Positions 56,482-64,000 of a stretch of 64,000 bases of DNA are shown here, in pieces. Position 1 is the stretch's first letter; each line of letters opens with the position of its first letter. Source of the stretch: a virus; IMG/VR virus record IMGVR_UViG_3300043446_003513, positions 32,001 through 96,000 of that record; one strand, given 5' to 3'. The notes under the pieces were generated by a model. That model did no database searches. It saw only the letters and a program-made list of their open reading frames with translations, and was not told where the DNA came from. Made by a program: the position numbers and the translations under genes.

Positions 56482-58422
56482 TTAGGAATATGAATTTATA
56501 GACCTACAACCAAGAACGGTTTCTAGCCCCCCGTCAAATGACTGTTCTACTGCTGTAACTAAAAACTTTTGAGAATCTGTTATTCCAGACCTTGGATATG
56601 AAACTGTAATTATATCTCCAACTGCAACAAATGGGTTGCCAAAAACTTGTAACTGTAAGAAAACAGAATTTTTAGACCATTGTTCTTTTAACCAATTAGC
56701 CATTTTCTCAGCATCAGATTTTCTTTGTATCCAGGTTGATTCTAATATGATAAATTCATCATTGACATATTCTGTTGGTTCAACTGTATTATATTCTGAC
56801 TTTTCTCCAGTTATTACAGAATTACCAATCATAAAAAAGCTAATCTGTTGTTCTGGATCAGACAACGGAACTGTAGTGGAAGAGTTGTTTATTACATATG
56901 CTTTAAATCCAAAATTATTAGATTTTTGTGCAAGAACCTCTACGTATTTATTTATTCCAGTACTTAAAAATTTAGCATATCCTGGCGTTTGTGTAGTAAA
57001 CTTTTCCTCAATTACCATTAATTCTTTTGCAGTTGTTCCAAATTCTTCGTAATATCCATTGTACTCCTGAGAATTTTTATTTACTACTTTATTTCCATAT
57101 GCTATTGAAAGGGCAGAAAACGGAGCTCGACCTGCTGTAAACTTATCTAACTCCAATGAATTATATTGATCTTCGTATAGAGGATAGGCGTAAACATAAT
57201 CAAAATTGCATTCGCCTTTCATGGTAAAAAGACCAATATTTTTTGTTGGCTGTAGCGGGCTTACAGAATCTTCTGCAACAATTTTTGCCCTTCCGTTAAT
57301 ATAAACGGTTATTAAGTTTGAAGTTGTGCCACAATTTACCTTTAAATCTATTACATACTCTTCTGCACTTGTAATGCCACTAAATGATTGACCTAAATTA
57401 CCTTGGCTGTCTGGAAGTCTTTTAAATTTATTTGTAGATTCAATTTTAACAATTGATATGTCTGTATTTACCTCTTTATTGTCTGTTCCAACGTTTGATT
57501 GTGTTGTTTTGACAACTACTGCATATCCAGAAGACCCAGAAGGATTTAAGAAAAATCCAATCCCGCCTTGGGGTGCATCTACTTTATCTTTCCATTCTGA
57601 AAAGAATAGTTTAGTTCCAAATGTAAAATGTTTGTATTGTGGATAAACAACAGGTGGATTAGACGCTGGATAATATGTAGGAGAGCCATATTGTAAATCA
57701 ATTCCAGTTCCTTTTACAGCAAGAGTGGTTTGTCCATCTATTGCAAACGGATTACTTATTGTAAAAACAGAACCAGAAATTTTTTTGTGATCTAATAAAA
57801 TAGACCCCGAAGAATTTGTTCCTAAGGAAAGTGTATCTTCTTGTACTGGATATGTCTCGGACCAAAATTCTTTATTCTCTTCGTAATTCCATGGAGTCCA
57901 CATATTATTTATATCTTTATTTACAACTTGATCAGATATTACTGGAGCCAATAAACTAGGATTTGTAAAGCTTTGAATTCTTGCAATTCCGTTTAAACCT
58001 ATTGGATAAAATGTAGTAAATGTTGCATATACATAATTTCCATATACTGCACCATTTGAAGAACTAACAGACCTTACTCTAAAGTCATATTTTGTATTCT
58101 GATCTAACCCACTTAATTGTAATGTTTTTAATTTACCAGAAGTACTTTGATTAATTTCTATATCCTCTTCATTAATTACATTAACTCCAGTAAACGCAGT
58201 TCCCTGACCCCATGACTGTGATTCTTTTTTATACTCACCCTGAATAGTTCTTCCAGTATAAGTTACAATATAAACAAGCATGTTATTAAGATTTAAATTA
58301 TTTTGATCTATCTCGCCTTGTGCTAAATCATATTCTGCGCCTGGAAAAAAATCTAAATCATATATTTTTCCAGCAGCACTAGAATCGGTACCACTTTGAT
58401 CATATGTTAATGTTTGACTCAT
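56482..58422 (-). CDS. minor tail protein (hub/Tal-like C-terminus)
   Basis: FN3 domain; WIQ...A...GNPFVAVGDIITV; start refined. Confidence 0.7.
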   Translation of the reverse strand: MSQTLTYDQSGTDSSAAGKIYDLDFFPGAEYDLAQGEIDQNNLNLNNMLVYIVTYTGRTIQGEYKKESQSWGQGTAFTGVNVINEEDIEINQSTSGKLKTLQLSGLDQNTKYDFRVRSVSSSNGAVYGNYVYATFTTFYPIGLNGIARIQSFTNPSLLAPVISDQVVNKDINNMWTPWNYEENKEFWSETYPVQEDTLSLGTNSSGSILLDHKKISGSVFTISNPFAIDGQTTLAVKGTGIDLQYGSPTYYPASNPPVVYPQYKHFTFGTKLFFSEWKDKVDAPQGGIGFFLNPSGSSGYAVVVKTTQSNVGTDNKEVNTDISIVKIESTNKFKRLPDSQGNLGQSFSGITSAEEYVIDLKVNCGTTSNLITVYINGRAKIVAEDSVSPLQPTKNIGLFTMKGECNFDYVYAYPLYEDQYNSLELDKFTAGRAPFSALSIAYGNKVVNKNSQEYNGYYEEFGTTAKELMVIEEKFTTQTPGYAKFLSTGINKYVEVLAQKSNNFGFKAYVINNSSTTVPLSDPEQQISFFMIGNSVITGEKSEYNTVEPTEYVNDEFIILESTWIQRKSDAEKMANWLKEQWSKNSVFLQLQVFGNPFVAVGDIITVSYPRSGITDSQKFLVTAVEQSFDGGLETVLGCRSINSYS

Positions 58423-61013
58423 TTCCAGGTCACCCCAACAATATTCCAAGAATTTAATATAGCAGACACATCAATCAAATGGTCTTGTGGCGTTGTTCCA
58501 AAGGAACCTCGCTCTTTAATTCTATATCTACCGTTAGGCTGAATATTATTCTTGCCAACTTCAGGTTTTGCTATAGAAATAATTTGTTCTAAATCGCTCT
58601 TGCTTTGTATTAGTACTGTTTCTTTATTTCCAGTATCGGCAGAATAATACTCATACTCTACCCCGTCAAATTCTATAATTTCTGAATTCAAGGTTAGATA
58701 TCCATTATAACTCATTACTGCTTCTGGAATTAATGAAGAATCTTTTACTGGATCTAACTCTACAAAAAATCCTGCGCTTTGACTAGAAAGAAGGTTTGTT
58801 CTTAATACACCAGCTCCAATATTTTTAGCTCCTTGACTATCCCATAAATTTTGTTTGCTTTGTTCTAAATCCATTTCAGAGCCATAGGTTGAATAGTAAA
58901 CAACTTTAACCTTATTTGTTGCCCTCTGTTCTGTTTTTTCTAAAGATATAATATTTGCCAAGTCTGGAGTCTTAACTACAGTTCCTCCGCCACCCCATAG
59001 TAAATTTGGAAATGGACTTGAAATTTTACTGTTAGTTCCAGTCGAAGCACCATTACTATAAAGAGTAAATGTTGTAGAATTTGCAGATATAACAACACCA
59101 GAAATATTATATATATTATTTACAACTCCAGTGACAGTAACTATATCTCCTTGTTTAAAATTATTATTTGCAGTATATATATACTTAAAGTCATTTACTG
59201 TAGCTGGATGATTTGGAGGAGGGTCTGGCATATTTGTTGTTGCGCCTGTAATTTGAATTGGAGTATTTGATTCAGTGGTGTTCCTAAACTCCCACATAAC
59301 CGAAGAAGAATCTTGCGGATAAGCTTTTCTATTTGGATCAAATAGTGCATCCTTTGTATAGAACTGAAGAACATTTTCTTCATCAAAGAAGGCGGTTAGC
59401 TGAGAGTCTCTACACAATTCACCTAATGCATTCCAAACAGTTTTATTTGAGTCTGTCCACCAATAATATGGTGTTATTGTAGAGCTTTCAGAAATTGTTC
59501 CATAGTCAGTTGTAACTGAACCATATGTTGGATCTACCCTTCTAAAATTAAATTTATAATTTGTAAACCCAATTGAATCTAGTAAATACCTTATGATGCC
59601 TGGAACTGTATAGTTTTTGCATAATACTGGAGCTGCAGAAATTTCTTGTAAATACTTTGCCCCATCTCTTGCCGAAATTGCTATTTCTCCATATTCATTT
59701 ATTGTCCAACTATCTAAATAAAAAGTACCTTGTTTTGCAATTAATAATTCACTTCCAGTAATTTCGCTTAAAGTAATAAAGGGTTTAATAACCATATTTT
59801 TGGAAAAATATAATGTTGATTGGTTTAAAGTTTGGCTTTTATCAAATGCTTTTACATATTCCGAAGCAAGGGCGGCTGGACTGAATAAATTTAACTGTAA
59901 TGAGTTTGCACTGATTCTTCCAACTGGAAGATAATCTTCACTACCAGACGACGAATCTTTTGTTATAGAACAACTGACAATTTCATCTAAAATTTGTTTT
60001 CTCCATACAGGGGAAACTTCTATAACTCCAATAAATTTATCAGTGCTTCCAGTTTCTTTTGTAGCCGTCACCCTTATATCCGTAGTAGATACTGGTGCAG
60101 CAGCACTCCAAACATAATCTTTGGTCCATGTGGATCCGTTATAGTATAGCTCAAATACTCCCTTATTAACGCCTTCGTTTGCCGTAGTATATGGAATATC
60201 TGTATTTACTCCAGAAAAAATTGGGGTAGTTGAATTAGACAAATAAATATTAAAGGTTGCTGGAGTTGAGTGAGATAGTTCAAACTTAACTACAATCTTA
60301 TTTGTTAATATAGTTTTTGGATACTTTAATCTAAGATCAATTCCTTTTCCTCTTCCACCCACCCAGTATTTATAATATGTATCTTCACCTGGATAATAAA
60401 CCCTGTGTTTAGATGTCATTTGATATCCATACTCTAATGCTTTAGGGTCTGAATAGTTTGGCGCTGTTCCTTCTTTTTTTAAGTCTCCAAGAATTGCATA
60501 TTTAATACCAGAACTATTTGGCCTAAATGGTTCTTTAATTGTATCTATTGGAAATAACTTTTTAAATGGAAGTCCTACTACATTTTCAACTGGATAGTAA
60601 TCAGATTTCTTGCTTGCTTTTCCACCACTAGAATATGTTCCAGTTATTAAGCTGCTTACAGTAAAATAAGAAGAAGTGGCGCTAGCTACCACCACATCTT
60701 TTAAATTAAATTGTGATGGGTTAACCCCAATAATACTTACGGTATCTCCAGCCGAAAAAGTATTGTTTGCAGTATATGTTATTACTGCACCAGTAGCTGC
60801 AACGGAAGTTATTGTTGCTTCTGTTTCTAAATCGTAATTAGATACAGAAACTGTTTGAGTTGGTGTCTCACCATACTCATTCATGTTATATTCTATAAAT
60901 GTTTCACACATTGCTTTAATAGAATAGTCTTGATTCATTCTATTAAAAACAAGGTTGGTAGATGTTGTATCTGTGGTTAAATTTCCATTAGATACTGTTG
61001 TTGGTTGGATCAT
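58419..61013 (-). CDS. large minor tail protein
   Basis: two internal YTANN.F..GD.V...GV repeats; follows distal tail gene; start refined. Confidence 0.72.
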   Translation of the reverse strand: MIQPTTVSNGNLTTDTTSTNLVFNRMNQDYSIKAMCETFIEYNMNEYGETPTQTVSVSNYDLETEATITSVAATGAVITYTANNTFSAGDTVSIIGVNPSQFNLKDVVVASATSSYFTVSSLITGTYSSGGKASKKSDYYPVENVVGLPFKKLFPIDTIKEPFRPNSSGIKYAILGDLKKEGTAPNYSDPKALEYGYQMTSKHRVYYPGEDTYYKYWVGGRGKGIDLRLKYPKTILTNKIVVKFELSHSTPATFNIYLSNSTTPIFSGVNTDIPYTTANEGVNKGVFELYYNGSTWTKDYVWSAAAPVSTTDIRVTATKETGSTDKFIGVIEVSPVWRKQILDEIVSCSITKDSSSGSEDYLPVGRISANSLQLNLFSPAALASEYVKAFDKSQTLNQSTLYFSKNMVIKPFITLSEITGSELLIAKQGTFYLDSWTINEYGEIAISARDGAKYLQEISAAPVLCKNYTVPGIIRYLLDSIGFTNYKFNFRRVDPTYGSVTTDYGTISESSTITPYYWWTDSNKTVWNALGELCRDSQLTAFFDEENVLQFYTKDALFDPNRKAYPQDSSSVMWEFRNTTESNTPIQITGATTNMPDPPPNHPATVNDFKYIYTANNNFKQGDIVTVTGVVNNIYNISGVVISANSTTFTLYSNGASTGTNSKISSPFPNLLWGGGGTVVKTPDLANIISLEKTEQRATNKVKVVYYSTYGSEMDLEQSKQNLWDSQGAKNIGAGVLRTNLLSSQSAGFFVELDPVKDSSLIPEAVMSYNGYLTLNSEIIEFDGVEYEYYSADTGNKETVLIQSKSDLEQIISIAKPEVGKNNIQPNGRYRIKERGSFGTTPQDHLIDVSAILNSWNIVGVTWK

Positions 61014-61441
61014 ATTTCCTCTAAAGTTAGAGACACATTCCAAAATTCTTCTGGAGAAGAGGATACAGTATTTTTTACATTTCGTCTTACAATTTCAAAA
61101 CTTGCATCTGTTACAAATGCTGAAAATGAATGAGTCGTAGATCCGTTATAATTTACAGTTACAGTCATTTGTCCGCTTGTACTTAAATATAAATCTCTTA
61201 TTTGTGCTGCACCATATTTCCCATCTACAGTTGAAGCAGATGTAGAAGGAAGCATTTGCCATGAAACGCTTAGCGTTCTATATGTGTCAATAAAAAACCT
61301 TCTCATTAGACCGCTAGCCATTCTTTGAGATTTTTCGATATTATTAAATGATATTGTTATTGGACCTCTATTATGCTCACTAAGCTGATTTCCCTCAAGC
61401 GAGAGTGCTGAACCTACTGGAAGTACTAATGGATATGCCAT
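61010..61441 (-). CDS. distal tail (Dit-like) protein
   Basis: immediately after tape measure; RMASG.MR...VSW...VSLTLEE. Confidence 0.7.
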   Translation of the reverse strand: MAYPLVLPVGSALSLEGNQLSEHNRGPITISFNNIEKSQRMASGLMRRFFIDTYRTLSVSWQMLPSTSASTVDGKYGAAQIRDLYLSTSGQMTVTVNYNGSTTHSFSAFVTDASFEIVRRNVKNTVSSSPEEFWNVSLTLEEI

Positions 61442-63999
61442 TATTTACCACCAGCCGTATATGTTAAGCTTCTGCCCATTCTTATTTCCTCAAATTTAGT
61501 TTGTTGTTTGTATGCAGCAATTGTATCATTTATTAATGCTTTTCTATCGTCTGGGTGGATCTTAGCCTCAAATGTGAAATTAAACACAGCCGAATTGCTT
61601 TGACTTGATACCAATCCACCATTTGCATATTTTACTGTCCCCATAGACATACTAGGTATGTCGTATCTTGCTGCAAGTCCGCCGCCAGCCATTCTATTGA
61701 TTTGATCCAACATTGGAACACCAATATTTCTAACTGCAGATGCTTTAATTACATACTCACCATTTGAAAGCATTGCTGGAATGGAGTCCGATGTTCCATT
61801 TCCTGGCCCAGAAATAAATCCTCCAACAGCAGCTCTTCTAATTCTAAATTGATTATTTGTTGTTAATTCTGTTCTATAAATTTTGCCCTTATAATATATT
61901 AAATCTCCTGGAGCAACTAACTTTCCACCAAAATTTCTTGGATTCCTATCAATTAAATTTTTTCCAAAAAGTGGTCCAGTATATTCTGGATAATTTTGTG
62001 CATTTGGAGTTGTTGTTTTTCCAGACTCAATAATTTTTCCTGGCTGTCCACCAAAATCTCCTGCCATGCCAGCTCTTTCTCCGCGTGACCTTTCAATTTC
62101 TTTTGCTTTTATAAGAACGTCAATTAACTTATTTAATTTTTCATCTAATGTTTTTCCACTAACATTCCATGTAGAAGTCATTGCTTCTTGTAATGGCGCT
62201 TGAAGTTCTCCCATTGCTAACTTTATTGCCATAACTAAAGCTTGCTTTTGTTCTGCTGTTGGATTGGCCAATAAGCTAAATCTTGAAATAAAATTTTCTA
62301 TTCTTGTTGAAACATCAGACACTTTAGAGGTGTCTATATTAGAAGCTGCAGCTTGACCTGCTTGAGCCTTTGAAGACAATCCTTTTTCTGACGCCTTTAA
62401 AGCTTCAAGTGTTTTCTTTAGGCTTGCATCAATTCGTTTTAATTCAGGAGTAAATTTTTCTATTCTTGCTGAACGGTCATCTTCAATAGCAGTTCTTGCC
62501 AATTCATATTGTCTGTCTCTATTTACTTGATCTATTCTGGCTTTTGCAGCAGCTGCCGCTTGAACATTTCCAGTAGCAATTGCATTCTGATATTCAAGTG
62601 TAGCTTGTGCAAGTTCTGACTCAAAATCTGCTGAAGCTTTTGTAGCATCTAAGGCTTTAAGTCTTGCATCTGCTTCTTTATTAATTAAATCAATTTTATC
62701 TTGAATTGCTTGCTTTTCTTTATCTGCCTGTTCTTGTGCTTTATCTCTTAAATCTGAAATTTTTTGTGAACTTTTTTCTACAGCAGAAGAGTAACCATAT
62801 TGTGATTGAGTTAATTGTTTAACTTTATTATTTAAACCATCAAATATTTTATTTGCAGAAAGGAAATCTTTTGTTTTTGCACTATTTACATCTATATAAT
62901 TTGCTAAACTAAATAGTTGTGCTCCTTGAACATCGGATAGCTCAACTTTTATTCCAGAGGCAAGAACTTTTGCTTTTGCTAAAACTTCTCTAAATGTATC
63001 TGTAGAATTAATCACGTTTCCAAGTTCTTTATTTTGAGCAAGAATTGTATCTCTAACTTCACTACCAATTTGTTTTGTAGACAAGAAGCTAGTATTTAAT
63101 TTATCTAAACCAATTCCAGATTGAGTTATTATGTCAGAGGCCGCAAGTAGGGACTGAGCCATGCTTCCTTGATTACCGCCTTTGATAGCATTATTTAACG
63201 AATCTATAGAAGATTTAGCAGCAGTTGCTTTGTCTTGAATTGCAACAAATCCTTCGTCTGCTATAGCCTTAACTGCCTGTTTTCCTTTTCCAGAAGCAGT
63301 GATCAAGGCGTAAACAGCATTTGTAGCTTCTTCTATGCTCATGCCTGAAGCAACAAATGCAGCTTTATAGTTTTTAGCAATTTGAGTCACATCTTGTTGA
63401 GTAGCAGCATTTTTAAATTCCGCAATAATTTTTGGAGAAGATTGTTTTACAGACTTAACTGCATCTTTTAACTGTTGATATGTAAGAGTCAAGCCCTTAA
63501 TATTTTTAATGCTTCCTTCATTCAGAGCACTTTTTGTTGCAGCTTCATAAAGTTTTTGTTCTTCTCTTGCTCTTTTAATTCTTTCGCCAAGCGTTTCGTA
63601 ATTGGTGGCTATTTTTTTAACATTATCTGCTTTTGCTCCGCCTGTGGCAGCCTCTGCTTTATTTAATGCTTCTCTTTCTTTTCTGGCATTTAGTATATAT
63701 TTGCCTAACATAAATGCACCAGTAAGTACTAACCCTGGTATAGACAAAGATTTAAGTATTCTTGCCAAATTAAAAGCAATGCCACCAGTTGCCTTTAATG
63801 TTGTTAAAAACTTTGCTCCTCCACTTAACAATTGTGGACCAAACATTAATGCTGCTCCGCCAGCCATTGCTGCTTTATTTCCGCTACCCATTCCGCTAAA
63901 CATTAAGGCCTGTCCAGCCATTCCAGCGGCCATTCCTCCAGCGCCTTGTCCAAAACCTGTTCCAGTTAATCTTCCAAGCATTGTACCTTTTGCTGGCAA
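61441..63999 (-). CDS. tape measure protein (3' part; gene begins beyond the window)
   Basis: long Ala-rich helical ORF; GGFISGPGNGTSDSIPAMLSNGEYV motif. Confidence 0.88.
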   Translation of the reverse strand: MPAKGTMLGRLTGTGFGQGAGGMAAGMAGQALMFSGMGSGNKAAMAGGAALMFGPQLLSGGAKFLTTLKATGGIAFNLARILKSLSIPGLVLTGAFMLGKYILNARKEREALNKAEAATGGAKADNVKKIATNYETLGERIKRAREEQKLYEAATKSALNEGSIKNIKGLTLTYQQLKDAVKSVKQSSPKIIAEFKNAATQQDVTQIAKNYKAAFVASGMSIEEATNAVYALITASGKGKQAVKAIADEGFVAIQDKATAAKSSIDSLNNAIKGGNQGSMAQSLLAASDIITQSGIGLDKLNTSFLSTKQIGSEVRDTILAQNKELGNVINSTDTFREVLAKAKVLASGIKVELSDVQGAQLFSLANYIDVNSAKTKDFLSANKIFDGLNNKVKQLTQSQYGYSSAVEKSSQKISDLRDKAQEQADKEKQAIQDKIDLINKEADARLKALDATKASADFESELAQATLEYQNAIATGNVQAAAAAKARIDQVNRDRQYELARTAIEDDRSARIEKFTPELKRIDASLKKTLEALKASEKGLSSKAQAGQAAASNIDTSKVSDVSTRIENFISRFSLLANPTAEQKQALVMAIKLAMGELQAPLQEAMTSTWNVSGKTLDEKLNKLIDVLIKAKEIERSRGERAGMAGDFGGQPGKIIESGKTTTPNAQNYPEYTGPLFGKNLIDRNPRNFGGKLVAPGDLIYYKGKIYRTELTTNNQFRIRRAAVGGFISGPGNGTSDSIPAMLSNGEYVIKASAVRNIGVPMLDQINRMAGGGLAARYDIPSMSMGTVKYANGGLVSSQSNSAVFNFTFEAKIHPDDRKALINDTIAAYKQQTKFEEIRMGRSLTYTAGGK

Positions 64000-64000
64000 G

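Noticed and set aside
56482-61013. Frameshifted or broken tail gene at 58419-58422
   Set aside because: A clean ATGA overlap with a plausible upstream RBS suggests two coupled genes; no slippery site was evident.
1-64000. Alternative genetic code or stop-codon reassignment
   Set aside because: Long core genes are intact under code 11 and no suppressor tRNA was found.

Overview
A 64 kb segment of a large, low-GC tailed dsDNA phage that most likely infects Actinobacteria. Host evidence: WhiB, an Lsr2-like mini-protein, actinobacterial AhpC/AhpD, GAAAGG-type RBSs and leaderless genes. The gene order resembles Streptomyces BE/BK-type and freshwater actinophages, judged from memory and not from a search. 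Positions 1-11.9 kb are a + strand array of small, probably early genes, including gp88-like, DUF932, acidic mini-proteins and tRNA-Asp, separated by highly stereotyped intergenic elements. After a convergent non-coding junction (11.9-12.3 kb) all genes are on the - strand. These include accessory and redox genes (AhpCD, thioredoxin, Dps, seven Fe(II)/2OG oxygenases, S8 and Ntn proteases, a PA14/FN3 surface protein), a CHAP endolysin, five more tRNAs, terminase, RuvC/Cas4-like/RecA, DnaE, SSB, primase, DnaB, tail genes and the 3' part of the tape measure gene. The most notable signal is a candidate stand-alone sRNA (about 8890-9038) with its own promoter and terminator. Its hairpin loop is complementary to the (AA)CGAAAGG(AA) ribosome-binding site shared by ten early transcription units. 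Other notable signals are a fixed-geometry DNA element repeated 14 times, a promoter-spacer motif repeated 12 times, and a small covarying RNA pseudoknot repeated 3-4 times. All calls come from reading the sequence; no searches were run.
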